Assembly (NCBI GenBank): GCA_023386365.1
Contig: JAEWJX010000079.1
Coordinates: forward strand, 3,179 to 67,178
Direction of reading: 5' to 3'
DNA length: 64,000 bases
DNA from: Actinomycetes bacterium
Lineage (GTDB): Bacteria; Actinomycetota; Actinomycetes; Actinomycetales; Microbacteriaceae
Position 1 is the first letter of the stretch, and each line of letters begins with the position of its first letter. The position numbers and the translations under genes are program-made. Below the pieces are notes generated by a model. The model had not been told where the DNA came from, made no database searches, and was given only the letters and a program-made list of their open reading frames with translations. Positions 27,480 through 37,396 of this stretch are shown in pieces.

Positions 27480-28632
27480 CGCTGGTGTCCAGTTCGGCCT
27501 CGGTGAGCTCGGCGCGGTGGGTCTCCTGGAGTTCCCGCGAGTCGAGCCAGCGGTCGGGAAGCGCCGGACGCTTCGGGGTGCCCGCGCGCCCGCGCTGCCC
27601 CTCGGCGTCGGCGCCCGGGTACGGCTGCTCGACGTCGAGCCGCCCCAGAAGGTCATCGATCTCGGCCAGGCTCGACGCCTGCGCGAGCGCAGCGCGGGTC
27701 TCGCCACCGACCGCATAGCCCTTGAAGTACCAGGCGACATGCTTGCGGATGTCGCGGCAGGCACGCGCCTCGTCGCCGTCGAAGAACTCGACCAGCAGCT
27801 CCGCGTGGCGCCGGAAGCCCCGCGCCACCTCCCCGAGCGTCGGCTCCGCTTTCGCGTGCCCGCCGGTGAACGCGGCCGCCAGGTCGCCGAACAGCCACGG
27901 ACGCCCCAGGCATCCGCGCCCCACCACCACGCCGTCGCATCCGGTCTCCTCGACCATGCGCACCGCATCGGCGGCCGACCAGATGTCGCCGTTGCCGAGC
28001 ACCGGCACACTCGTGACGGTCTGCTTGAGCTTCGCGATCGCCGACCAGTCGGCGGTGCCCGAATAGAACTCGGCGGCCGTGCGCGCGTGCAGGGCGATCG
28101 CCGACACCCCGGCGCCCTCGGCCACCCGACCGGCCTCCAGGAAGGTGAGATGGTCGGAGTCGATCCCCTTGCGCATCTTCACCGTCAACGGCAGCGGCCC
28201 CGCCGCCTTCACCGCACCCTCGACGATGTCGCGGAACAGGTCGATCTTCCACGGGAGCGCGGCTCCCCCACCCTTGCGGGTCACCTTGGGAACCGGGCAC
28301 CCGAAGTTCAGGTCGATGTGGTCGGCACGGTCCTCGGCCACCAGCATCGTGACCGCCTCGGCCACCGTCTTCGGGTCGACGCCGTACAACTGGATCGAGC
28401 GCGGCGTCTCCGACTCGTGGTGACGGATCAGACGCATCGACTCCGGCGTGCGCTCGACGAGTGCCCGACTGGTGATCATCTCCGAGACGTACAGGCCTGC
28501 GCCGTACTCACGGCAGAGACGCCGGAACGCCGTGTTCGTGATCCCCGCCATCGGGGCGAGCACCACGGGCACGTCGAGGCGGAGGGGGCCGATCGACAGC
28601 GCGGATGCGGGGGGCGCGAATAGGGTGGACAT
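27472..28632 (-). CDS. dus: tRNA-dihydrouridine synthase
   Basis: Internal ATG (MSTLFAPPASALSIGPLRLDVPVVLAPMAGITNTAFRRLCREYGAGLYVSEMI). Also DLNFGCP and the TIM-barrel pattern. Confidence 0.9.
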   Translation of the reverse strand: MSTLFAPPASALSIGPLRLDVPVVLAPMAGITNTAFRRLCREYGAGLYVSEMITSRALVERTPESMRLIRHHESETPRSIQLYGVDPKTVAEAVTMLVAEDRADHIDLNFGCPVPKVTRKGGGAALPWKIDLFRDIVEGAVKAAGPLPLTVKMRKGIDSDHLTFLEAGRVAEGAGVSAIALHARTAAEFYSGTADWSAIAKLKQTVTSVPVLGNGDIWSAADAVRMVEETGCDGVVVGRGCLGRPWLFGDLAAAFTGGHAKAEPTLGEVARGFRRHAELLVEFFDGDEARACRDIRKHVAWYFKGYAVGGETRAALAQASSLAEIDDLLGRLDVEQPYPGADAEGQRGRAGTPKRPALPDRWLDSRELQETHRAELTEAELDTSGG

Positions 28633-28672
28633 CTTCTCGATTCTTCCAGATCGAACCGTGAGGAGCCCGGAC

Positions 28673-29152
28673 ATGGCCGAAGGACGCGACCGCGTCGCCG
28701 CAGACGCCGCCGCACACGGCATCGACGTGGAGTTCGTCGACCGTCAGGCGGCCAACTCACTGGAGGAGGCGGCCGCCATCCTCGGCATCACGCCGGCGGA
28801 CATCGTCAAGTCCCTCGTCGTCAAACGGGCGGACGGCACCTTCCTCTTCGCCGAGATCCCCGGCGACCGCGTCATCTCCTGGCCGAAGCTTCGCGCCCTC
28901 GTCGGCGTCAACAAGCTGCAACTGCCCGACGCCGGCCAGGCGCTCGCCGCCACCGGCTACGAGCGCGGCACCATCACCCCACTCGGATCGACCACCGCGT
29001 GGCCGGTCTACGTGGACGAGCGCATCGCCGGGAGGCGCGTCTCGATGGGCGCCGGTGAACACGGGGTCAGCCTGTTCGTCGACGCGGATGCGCTGATCGC
29101 GGGACTTGAGGCGACCGTGGCGGATATCAGTGAGGCTGCGCCGGAGAGGTAG
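28673..29152 (+). CDS. YbaK/EbsC-type aminoacyl-tRNA deacylase
   Basis: Internal ATG (MAEGRDRVAADAAAHGIDVEF). Motifs IVKSLVVK and GYERGTITPLG. Confidence 0.8.
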   Translation: MAEGRDRVAADAAAHGIDVEFVDRQAANSLEEAAAILGITPADIVKSLVVKRADGTFLFAEIPGDRVISWPKLRALVGVNKLQLPDAGQALAATGYERGTITPLGSTTAWPVYVDERIAGRRVSMGAGEHGVSLFVDADALIAGLEATVADISEAAPER

Positions 29153-29215
29153 GGATCTCGCAGACGTCGCCCTCGCAGGCCGCCGCATCCGGGTCGCCGA
29201 GCGGGATCAGGCCAC

Positions 29216-29866
29216 TCACGCGTTCGCCTTCTCCGTCGCGACCTGCTTCAGCACTTCCGCGAACGTCGTCGCGTCCTGGGCGCCCGAGACGCCGTACTTG
29301 CGGTCGATGACGAAGAACGGAACACCCTGGATGCCGAACTCCTGGGCGACCGCCTGGTCTTCACGCACATCCGCGAGGTGCTCGTCCGCGTCGAGCGAGC
29401 GGACCACATCGTCGCGATCGAAGCCGAGTTCGGCGGCCAGGTCGGCGAGATCCTGCACCCGGCCGACGTGTCGCCCCTCCTCGAAGTACGCCTTCAGAAG
29501 GCGCTCCTTCATCTCCAGCTGACGCCCCCGCAGCTTCGCGTAGTGGATCAGCTGGTGGGCCTTCACCGTGTTGGTGTGCTGCAGCGCGTCGTAGTCGTAG
29601 TGCAGCCCCACCGTCTCGGCGATCCCGGTGACCCGCTCCATCATCTGCTTCGCCGTGTCGACGGGGATCCCCTTGTGCTGGGCGAGGAACTCGAACTCGC
29701 TGCCCTCGAAGTCGACCGGGGTGTCGGGTGCCAACTCGAAGGAGTGGTACTCGATCTGCACGGGCACACCCGACAGCTCGGCTCCCGCTTCGAACTTGCG
29801 CTTGCCGATGTAGCACCAGGGGCAGGCGATGTCGGACCAGACGTCGATCTTGATGGGTTCGGGCAT
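29216..29866 (-). CDS. DsbA/FrnE-family thiol oxidoreductase
   Basis: Internal ATG (MPEPIKIDVWSDIACPWCYIGKRKFE). CPWC active site and C-terminal GVPFFVID. Confidence 0.85.
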   Translation of the reverse strand: MPEPIKIDVWSDIACPWCYIGKRKFEAGAELSGVPVQIEYHSFELAPDTPVDFEGSEFEFLAQHKGIPVDTAKQMMERVTGIAETVGLHYDYDALQHTNTVKAHQLIHYAKLRGRQLEMKERLLKAYFEEGRHVGRVQDLADLAAELGFDRDDVVRSLDADEHLADVREDQAVAQEFGIQGVPFFVIDRKYGVSGAQDATTFAEVLKQVATEKANA

Positions 29867-29918
29867 GTGATATGTCAACGATCTACGCGGCCGAGGCATT
29901 CCCGACCGTGCGAAGGGC

Positions 29919-30977
29919 TCACGCGATCGCGGATGCGGCCGGAGCGGCCACCTGCGCACCGAGGTCGCGGGAGCGTTCGATGCCGCGACGCTTCGCCATC
30001 ACATCGATCCAGACGACGTAGCCGACCGTGAAGACCAGCTGCGTCACCGGTGACAGCCAGGTGCTGCCCTCCGAGCCCATCTGCGTCGTGCCGAGCGCGC
30101 CGGTCGACAGCAGCAAGAACGCGATCACGTTGTTGACGGTGTGCAGGGCGATAGCCGCCTCGAGCCCACCGGTGCGCCAGGTGACGACGGCGAAACCGAG
30201 ACCCATCACACCCACGCTCAGGATGCCCCAGAGCTCGTACTGGGTGTGACCGATCGTGAAGAGCACCGTCGACACCAGCAACGCCACCCACACGGGGCGG
30301 GCCCAGGCGCCGATCGCCTGCATGATGAAGCCGCGGAACACGTACTCCTCGGCCGCCGCCTGCAGCGGGACGAGCGCGAGGATCATCACCACGAGGAGCA
30401 CCAGCCGGCCCGTCTCCACCGGCACCGGCACGATCGCGTTCGAATCCCACAGCAGCGGCAGGAACGACAGCGACGTACTCAGGACCGTGATGACGAGCGC
30501 CGGGATCGCGCACCACAGCATCCAGCCCCACCGGAGCCGGAACGCGACCGAATGCCGCAGGCGCACCGGCCGCAGACCCACGCACAGCATCGACAGAGGC
30601 ACCAGCGGCAGCAGGACGATCAGGCTGCCGAGCAGGTAGAACAACGTCAGCGGGTTCGAGGTGTCGCTGAGCAACGCCGTGAGCTCGGCCTGGGTGTCTT
30701 GCACCGTCAGGAGTTCGAGGGTGAGGTCGCCGGTGACGAGCGCCAGGATGAACCAGATGATGCCGAGCACGATCGCCGCGACCAGCGCGAAGACGAGCAG
30801 CAGCACGCCCGCAACCAGCGGCCGCCACCACGCGTATCCGGGTGAGGTGCGGAAGAGCCGGTGGTACGGGGCCGGGTCTTCGACCGGTGGCGCCACGGCG
30901 ACCGGAGGGTACGGGTGCGGCGTCGGATAGCCCTCGACCACGTACGGCGGCGGAGCGTTCTCGGGCGGGTACGACAT
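29919..30977 (-). CDS. CPBP-family intramembrane protease with Pro/Tyr-rich N-terminus
   Basis: AAAEEYVFRGF (EExxxR), FTIGHTQ (FxxxH) and ALHTVNNV (HxxxN) motifs. TGATG start/stop overlap with glyQS. Confidence 0.8.
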   Translation of the reverse strand: MSYPPENAPPPYVVEGYPTPHPYPPVAVAPPVEDPAPYHRLFRTSPGYAWWRPLVAGVLLLVFALVAAIVLGIIWFILALVTGDLTLELLTVQDTQAELTALLSDTSNPLTLFYLLGSLIVLLPLVPLSMLCVGLRPVRLRHSVAFRLRWGWMLWCAIPALVITVLSTSLSFLPLLWDSNAIVPVPVETGRLVLLVVMILALVPLQAAAEEYVFRGFIMQAIGAWARPVWVALLVSTVLFTIGHTQYELWGILSVGVMGLGFAVVTWRTGGLEAAIALHTVNNVIAFLLLSTGALGTTQMGSEGSTWLSPVTQLVFTVGYVVWIDVMAKRRGIERSRDLGAQVAAPAASAIA

Positions 30978-32362
30978 CAGGCGCCGCGCAGCCGCTCGGC
31001 CAGATAGCCGTGGAGGCGGTCGAGCGACACACGTTCCTGTGCCATGGTGTCGCGCTCACGCACCGTGACGGCCTTGTCGTCGAGCGTGTCGAAGTCGACG
31101 GTGACGGCGAACGGCGTACCGATCTCGTCCTGGCGACGGTAGCGGCGGCCGATGGCGCCGGCGTCGTCGAACTCGATCATCCAGTCCTCGCGCAGGTCGT
31201 CGGCCAGCCTGCGCGCCACCGGCGAGAGCTGCTCGTTGCGCGACAGCGGAAGCACCGCGGCCTTCACGGGCGCCAGTCGACGGTCGAGGCGCAGCACCGT
31301 GCGGACGTCGGTGCCGCCCTTCGCGTTGGGCGCCTCGTCTTCGTGGTACGAGTCGATGAGGAACGCCATCAGGGCGCGGGTGAGACCGAACGCCGGCTCG
31401 ATCACGTACGGCACCCAGCGCTCGTTCGTGGTCTGGTCGAAGTACGACAGATCCTTGCCGGAGTGCTCCGAATGGGTCTTCAGGTCGAAGTCGGTGCGGT
31501 TCGCGATGCCCATGAGTTCGCCCCACTCACCCGACGCGAAGCTGAACTTGTACTCGACGTCGACCGTGCGCTTCGAGTAGTGGCTGAGCTTCTCCTTCGG
31601 GTGCTCGTAGAGGCGCAGGTTCTCCTCGCGGATACCGAGGTCGCGGTACCAGCCGTACGACGCGTCGATCCAGTACTGGTGCCATTCCTCGTCGGTGCCG
31701 GGCTGGACGAAGTACTCCATCTCCATCTGCTCGAACTCGCGCGTGCGGAAGATGAAGTTTCCGGGAGTGATCTCGTTGCGAAAGCTCTTGCCGATCTGGG
31801 CGATGCCGAACGGAGGCTTCATACGGGCGCTCGAGAGCACGTTCGCGAAGTTGACGAAGATGCCCTGCGCCGTCTCGGGACGCAGGTAGTGCATGCCCTC
31901 CTCGTCGTCGACCGGGCCGAGGTAGGTCTTCAGCAGACCCGAGAACGCGCGCGGCTCCGTCCACTGACCGCGCGTGCCGCAGTTGTCGCAGACGATGTCG
32001 GCGAGGCCGTTCTCGGGCGCGCGGCCCTTCTTCTCCTCGTAGGACTCGAGCAGGTGGTCTTCGCGGTACCGCTTGTGGCAGTTGAGGCACTCGATCAGCG
32101 GGTCGGAGAAGACCTCAACGTGGCCCGACGCCTCCCACACCTGACGCGGGAGGATCACCGACGAGTCGATGCCGACGATGTCGTCACGGCGCTGCACCAT
32201 GAACTTCCACCACTCGCGCTTGATGTTCTCTTTCAGCGCGGTGCCGAGCGGGCCGTAGTCCCACGCAGAGCGGGAACCACCGTAGATCTCACCCGCCTGG
32301 TAGACGAAGCCCCGGCGCTTGGCGAGGGAGATGATCGAATCGAGCGGGTTGGACGATGCCAC
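30977..32362 (-). CDS. glyQS: Glycine--tRNA ligase (homodimeric type)
   Basis: [52 protein letters not shown]..., class II motifs, 461 aa. Confidence 0.95.
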   Translation of the reverse strand: MASSNPLDSIISLAKRRGFVYQAGEIYGGSRSAWDYGPLGTALKENIKREWWKFMVQRRDDIVGIDSSVILPRQVWEASGHVEVFSDPLIECLNCHKRYREDHLLESYEEKKGRAPENGLADIVCDNCGTRGQWTEPRAFSGLLKTYLGPVDDEEGMHYLRPETAQGIFVNFANVLSSARMKPPFGIAQIGKSFRNEITPGNFIFRTREFEQMEMEYFVQPGTDEEWHQYWIDASYGWYRDLGIREENLRLYEHPKEKLSHYSKRTVDVEYKFSFASGEWGELMGIANRTDFDLKTHSEHSGKDLSYFDQTTNERWVPYVIEPAFGLTRALMAFLIDSYHEDEAPNAKGGTDVRTVLRLDRRLAPVKAAVLPLSRNEQLSPVARRLADDLREDWMIEFDDAGAIGRRYRRQDEIGTPFAVTVDFDTLDDKAVTVRERDTMAQERVSLDRLHGYLAERLRGA

Positions 32363-32440
32363 GGAAGGACTCCAGGGGTCGGGCCGCGCCGGCTTGCGCG
32401 GTCTCAGGGTGCGAGACCTCCAGCCTATCCAGCATGTCGG

Positions 32441-34066
32441 CTACGCCGCGTCGCACGAATCCTTCGGGGTGACCGTGTACGTTCCCGAGCCGCTCCACGG
32501 CGACGGCTTACCGGTCAAGGAGTAGTGCGTGCCGCTGTATTGCGCGTCGATGCCCACCGGCTGGTCCTTATCGTCGGTACGCACCGTCCACGATCCGGTG
32601 ATGTCGTAGCCTCCGGCGGAGACGGTTGCTCCCGCTCCCCGCAAGGTGCCGCCGTCGACGCCGAACAGCTCGAACAGGATCGTGCCGGAGCTCCCTACGA
32701 CCGAGAAGGCTTGCGCACCCTCGCACCACTCCCCCTTCCCCGCGAAGACCCCCGACCCGCCCGTGACCGCATAGTGCGAGGCTCCGGTGGTGATCTTCAG
32801 CTCGAGGCTCGCCGCACCCTGCCGCGATTCCGCCTTCAGGCCGATCGTCGCGGTCGACCCGATCTCATCCGGGGCGGTGTACGTGAAGTGCACGTTCGGG
32901 GTGCGCACGACCTCGGTCGAGATCGACTCCTTGCCGGTCAGCTTGATGCTGACCTTCGCCGACACGTTCTCGCCACCCAGCTTGGTGACCACGTTCACGG
33001 GGATCTCGGTCGAGCTGCCCGGCTTCACGACGGCGGGCGCTGCGGAGTCGATCTTCACGCATCCGCCGTTCGACCACATCGACATGATCGAGAAGATCTG
33101 CCCGAAGAGCATCGCGCCGGCGCGGCCCTGCCCCCGCTCGGTGAGTCGCTTCACGTCGGCTTCCGACGCACCCTTGCTGGACTCGATGAGTTCGACGGGC
33201 GCCTTGGAGGTGGTGAACCAGCTCGCCAGGTCGGTGGAGTCGTTCTGCTGACGGGTGGCGACGGTGATCTTCGACCCGTCCGGCCACACCTCGGTGGAAC
33301 GGTTGCTGGTGGAGATGTGCATCTGCTCGGGCCACGCGTTCTCGCCGAGCCGGCCCTTCATACTCGAGATGAGCTCCTCGGTCGCCCCGCCCGACGAGCC
33401 GTCGGCACTGCCGTCGACCTGGTGGTGCACACGAAGGCGGATGTCGAAGTCGCCGTCTTTGGCGGGACAGATGCGTCCCTCGATCTTGACCCTGAAGTCG
33501 GTCTTCACGGTGACCCCGTTGGTGGTCTTCTCCGACTTCTGGCTCATCTCCACGTCCAGGTTGTTGCTGTCGGTGCGGGTCATGGTGAGGGACTTGTCAT
33601 CACTGACCTCGGTCTGTCCGACAGCCAGCTCCTTCACGTGCCCGGTGCCGTTCGCCATGCCGACGAGCATCCCGGCGAAGCCTCCCAGCAGGAACGCACC
33701 CATCGCGACGTCGTCCGCGGTGCGCGCGAATCCCCTCGTCGAGTCGAGGCCGCCTGGTCTCGGGAGCGCCACCGGCTGCTCGGGGTCGGCGCCGACCTCG
33801 GCGAGCACCTTCGCGCCGAAGGCGGCGTCGTCGGCTTCCACCTCCGACCGCAGGGGCGCGATTCCCGGCACCAGCTCGGTCACGTCGTCGAACACGTCGA
33901 CCATGCCCGACCCGTACGGGTAGTCGGTCGGCGGGTTCTCGGGGTCGACGGCGGGCACCTGCAGGGTGACGTCGTCGACGGTCGCGACGGTGGGGCCGCA
34001 GGCGGTGAGCAGGAGGGCGGCCGAGGCCGCCACCGCGACGGCGCGCAGGAATGAACGGGAGGGCAT
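32441..34066 (-). CDS. Large lipoprotein of unknown function
   Basis: 541 aa with signal peptide and lipobox (ALLLTACG). Four further Cys, beta-rich C-terminal half. I recognise no family. Confidence 0.75.
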   Translation of the reverse strand: MPSRSFLRAVAVAASAALLLTACGPTVATVDDVTLQVPAVDPENPPTDYPYGSGMVDVFDDVTELVPGIAPLRSEVEADDAAFGAKVLAEVGADPEQPVALPRPGGLDSTRGFARTADDVAMGAFLLGGFAGMLVGMANGTGHVKELAVGQTEVSDDKSLTMTRTDSNNLDVEMSQKSEKTTNGVTVKTDFRVKIEGRICPAKDGDFDIRLRVHHQVDGSADGSSGGATEELISSMKGRLGENAWPEQMHISTSNRSTEVWPDGSKITVATRQQNDSTDLASWFTTSKAPVELIESSKGASEADVKRLTERGQGRAGAMLFGQIFSIMSMWSNGGCVKIDSAAPAVVKPGSSTEIPVNVVTKLGGENVSAKVSIKLTGKESISTEVVRTPNVHFTYTAPDEIGSTATIGLKAESRQGAASLELKITTGASHYAVTGGSGVFAGKGEWCEGAQAFSVVGSSGTILFELFGVDGGTLRGAGATVSAGGYDITGSWTVRTDDKDQPVGIDAQYSGTHYSLTGKPSPWSGSGTYTVTPKDSCDAA

Positions 34067-34135
34067 GCGGCCAGGCTAGGGATGCGACCGGCCCCGGTGT
34101 AGGGGCGGCTCGGGTGATTCGGGGGTGAGCGGCGG

Positions 34136-35197
34136 CTACCCGCGGACCGCGCGCACGATGGCGTCGACGTCGGCGTCCGTGTTCCAGAGGTGGAACGAGG
34201 CCCGCGCGCGGCCGGCGCGACCGGAGATGCGGATTCCGGCGGCCGTCATCGCGGCGAGCTGCGACCCGTCGGGGTCGGGCCAGGCGATGATCGGCTGGCG
34301 CCGCACCGGGAGTTCGAGTTCGTGGCAGAGAGCCTCACCCAGGTCGGCGGTGCGCTCCCAGACCTCTGCGATGTCGAGGTCGGCGAAGAGCGCGATCGAC
34401 TGCTCGGCGCCCACCCACGCCTGCCACACCGGCGACACGTCGAAGCGACGCGCATCCGACGACAGGGTGATGTCGAAGCCGTAGCAGCTCTGCCAGACGT
34501 CTTCGCCGGCATACCAGCCACCCTGCCTCGGGCGCAGCAAGGCGTCGGTGCGCGGCCCCACCGTCAGGAAGCAGACGCCGCGGGGCGAGCACAGCCACTT
34601 GTAGGTGTGGCACACGGTGAAGTCGTACTCCGACGCATCCACCGGCAGCACGCCGGCCGCCTGGGTGAGGTCGCAGAAGGTGAGGGCGCCGTGGCGGTCC
34701 GCCGCCTCACGGATGGCCGCGGCATCCGCGACGATGCCGGTGGCCGACTGGACGAGCGAGAACACGACGAGGAACGTGTCGTCGGTGATGGAGTCTGCGA
34801 GGGCTTCGAGCGGGACCGCGCGCACGCGTGAGCCGGGACGCTGTTCGAAGGGGGTGACGAGCGAGGAGAAGTCGCGCTCGACGACGAGCACCTCTGCGCC
34901 CTCGGGGAGGGAAGCGGCCACGAGGGACGCCTGCACCGAGGTCTGCGATCCGATCGCCACGCGTGAGGCGTCGATGCCGACCAGCCGGGCGTAGTGGGCA
35001 CGGGTGCGGGTGATGATCGGGTCATACCCCTGGGGGTCGCGGTCTGCGCGTGCCCACGCGTCGAGGTCTGCGCGCAGCGCGTCGGCGGTGCGACGGGGCG
35101 GGATGCCGATGGAGGCGGCGGCGACGTACCCGCGCGGCTCGCCGAACTCGGCGATCGCTGCAGCGAGGGCACGGGACGGGGAGGTCATGATGCTCAC
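34136..35197 (-). CDS. Aminotransferase class V-fold PLP enzyme (desulfurase/lyase-like)
   Basis: 353 aa. FSLVQSATGIV, DLTQAAGVLPVD and VCHTYKWLCSPRG (PLP Lys context). Confidence 0.7.
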   Translation of the reverse strand: MSIMTSPSRALAAAIAEFGEPRGYVAAASIGIPPRRTADALRADLDAWARADRDPQGYDPIITRTRAHYARLVGIDASRVAIGSQTSVQASLVAASLPEGAEVLVVERDFSSLVTPFEQRPGSRVRAVPLEALADSITDDTFLVVFSLVQSATGIVADAAAIREAADRHGALTFCDLTQAAGVLPVDASEYDFTVCHTYKWLCSPRGVCFLTVGPRTDALLRPRQGGWYAGEDVWQSCYGFDITLSSDARRFDVSPVWQAWVGAEQSIALFADLDIAEVWERTADLGEALCHELELPVRRQPIIAWPDPDGSQLAAMTAAGIRISGRAGRARASFHLWNTDADVDAIVRAVRG

Positions 35198-35272
35198 CCT
35201 TCCAGGGTGCGCCGCGCCTATTCATCCCACAAGTGCATATCCCGATTGCCGTCCATTCATTATGGTTATGCA

Positions 35273-36217
35273 ATGGACCTCGACCTGCAGTCGGTGCGTA
35301 TCGTGCGGGCGATCGCCGAGCACGGTTCGATCAGCGGGGCGGCGCGCGCGCTCGGCTACAGCCAACCGGCCGTGAGCCAGCACCTCCGCCGTGCCGAGCA
35401 ACGGCTCGGGGTTCCACTCGTCACCCGCGCCGGACGCGGAGTGCGTCTCACCGAGCCGGGACTGGTGCTCGCGCGCCATTCGCACACCATCACGTCCGCC
35501 ATGGATGCCGCGCGTGGCGAGCTCGCCGACCTCGTCGGCCTGCGAACGGGCACGGTGCGCCTCGCCGCCTTCCCGACCGCCTCGTCGACGATCGTCCCGC
35601 GCCTCCTCCACGCGCTGCGCGGCGCGCACCCCGGACTCACCGTCACCTATGTGGAGGCGGAACCGCCCGAGGCGCTGTCGATGCTGCGCGACGGCGTCGT
35701 CGACCTGGCCGTCACCTTCGCCTACCCGGGCGACCGCTTCGACCCGCATCGCGAATCCGAGGGGCCGGTCGAGACGATCCCGCTCTTCACCGAACCGGTG
35801 GTGATCGCGCTGCCCGAGACGCATCCGCTCGCGGCGGGTGGAGGCCCCGTCGAACTCGCGCGCCTGGGCGACGAACGCTGGATCGCCGGGTGCCCGCTCT
35901 GCCGGGGCCACCTGCTCGCCGCATGCGAGGCGGTGGGCGTCGTCCCCGACATCGAACTCGAGACCGACAACGCCATCGCCGTGCTCAACCTCGTCGCCTC
36001 CGAACTCGGGGTCGCGCTGCTCCCCCGGCTCGCCCTCGCGACCGCCACCCCGCCACCCGGTGCCGCCATCCGCGCGACTGCGCCCTCCAGCGACCGGTGG
36101 ATCCAAGTCGTCGCCCAGCTCGGATCACGCCGCGTGCCGAGCATCGCCGCAGTGCTCGCCGAAGTGGAGCGCCTCGACGGGACCGACTGGGGCCTCGTCA
36201 CCGCCGTCACCGACTGA
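35273..36217 (+). CDS. LysR-family transcriptional regulator
   Basis: Internal ATG (MDLDLQSVRIVRAIAEHGSISGAARALGYSQPAVSQHLRRAEQRLGVPLV). Divergent from the class V enzyme gene. Confidence 0.9.
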   Translation: MDLDLQSVRIVRAIAEHGSISGAARALGYSQPAVSQHLRRAEQRLGVPLVTRAGRGVRLTEPGLVLARHSHTITSAMDAARGELADLVGLRTGTVRLAAFPTASSTIVPRLLHALRGAHPGLTVTYVEAEPPEALSMLRDGVVDLAVTFAYPGDRFDPHRESEGPVETIPLFTEPVVIALPETHPLAAGGGPVELARLGDERWIAGCPLCRGHLLAACEAVGVVPDIELETDNAIAVLNLVASELGVALLPRLALATATPPPGAAIRATAPSSDRWIQVVAQLGSRRVPSIAAVLAEVERLDGTDWGLVTAVTD

Positions 36218-36236
36218 TCAGGTGGCCACCGCCCGA

Positions 36237-37394
36237 CTAGCCGCCGAGTGCGGTGACGGATGCGACCGCGGCCACCACCCGATCGACGATGTCCCCCGCC
36301 TGGAGCGGCGTGACATCGGTGGGCAGTGTGAAGCGCACCGACGTCTGGGCGACCTCGGCCGGGATGCCGAGCGCGAGGAGCACGTAGGACGGGTCGTCGC
36401 TGCCGGCCGCGCACGCCGAACCCGAGGAGCACACCAGTCCGCGGCGCTCCAGTTCGAGCAGCACCGCCTCGCCGCTCGTGCCGGGGAAGCAGAAGGAGGC
36501 GTGCCCGGACAGACGGCGGTCGCGTGAGCCGGTCAGGAGCGCCCCCGGCACCCGCGCGAGTACCCCGTCGATGATGACGTCACGCGCCACACGAACCTGG
36601 TCGTACTGCCGCCGCTCGACTGCCGTCAGCGCCAGAGCCGTCGCGAGACCCACCACCCCGGCGACGTTCTCGGTACCGGAGCGTCGACCACGCTCCTGAC
36701 CGCCGCCGTGCAGGAGTGGTTCGAGCGGCACGCCCGCACGGACCGCAAGCGCACCCACGCCCTTGGGGGCGCCCACCTTATGACCGGCGACGGAGACCGC
36801 ATCCACCCCGAGCGCACCCAGGCCGACCGGCAGCTCGCCTGCCGCCTGCACGGCATCCGTGTGGAACGGGACCCGCCCCGCGCGCGCGAGGGCGGCGAGT
36901 TCGTCGATCGGCTGGATCGTGCCGATCTCGTTGTTGGCGAACTGGATGCTGACCAGAGTCGTATCAGGCCGCAGCGCCGCGCGCAGCGACTCCGGCGAGA
37001 CGAGCCCCGCGGCGTCGACGGGGAGTTCGGTGATCTCGAAGCCGTGGAGACGGCGGAGGTAGTCGGCGGATTCGCGGACCGCCTCGTGCTCGATGGGGGT
37101 CGTCACCAGGTGGCGACCGCGCACATCGCCCAGGGCGATGCCCTTGATGGCGAGGTTGTCGGCCTCGGTACCTCCCGAGGTGAACACGACCTCAGACGGG
37201 CGGCAGCCGAGCTGCTCCGCCACGACCGCCCGCGCGGCCTGCAGGGCGTGGGCTGCGCGCTCCCCCGGTTCGTGGTGGCTCGACGGGTTGCCGAATACGC
37301 CCTCCGCACCGCCGGCCAGGAACGGCCACATCGCCTCCAGCACCTCGCGCCGCACCGGTGTCGTGGCGGCGTTGTCGAGGTAGAGGCGCTCCAC
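36237..37394 (-). CDS. nadS: Cysteine desulfurase (NifS/IscS-like; NadS position in the NAD operon)
   Basis: LYLDNAATTP, FTSGGTEADNLAIKG, SVAGHKVGAPKGVG (PLP Lys), SSGSACAAG (active Cys). GTG start, 2 nt after the nadC stop. Confidence 0.8.
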   Translation of the reverse strand: MERLYLDNAATTPVRREVLEAMWPFLAGGAEGVFGNPSSHHEPGERAAHALQAARAVVAEQLGCRPSEVVFTSGGTEADNLAIKGIALGDVRGRHLVTTPIEHEAVRESADYLRRLHGFEITELPVDAAGLVSPESLRAALRPDTTLVSIQFANNEIGTIQPIDELAALARAGRVPFHTDAVQAAGELPVGLGALGVDAVSVAGHKVGAPKGVGALAVRAGVPLEPLLHGGGQERGRRSGTENVAGVVGLATALALTAVERRQYDQVRVARDVIIDGVLARVPGALLTGSRDRRLSGHASFCFPGTSGEAVLLELERRGLVCSSGSACAAGSDDPSYVLLALGIPAEVAQTSVRFTLPTDVTPLQAGDIVDRVVAAVASVTALGG

Positions 37395-37396
37395 GG

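Noticed and set aside
32363-32440. A T-box or other riboswitch leader upstream of glyQS.
   Set aside because: Only 78 nt are available between glyQS and the upstream stop, too short for a T-box. The one hairpin (CCGCGC...GCGCGG) fits better as the terminator of the upstream lipoprotein gene.
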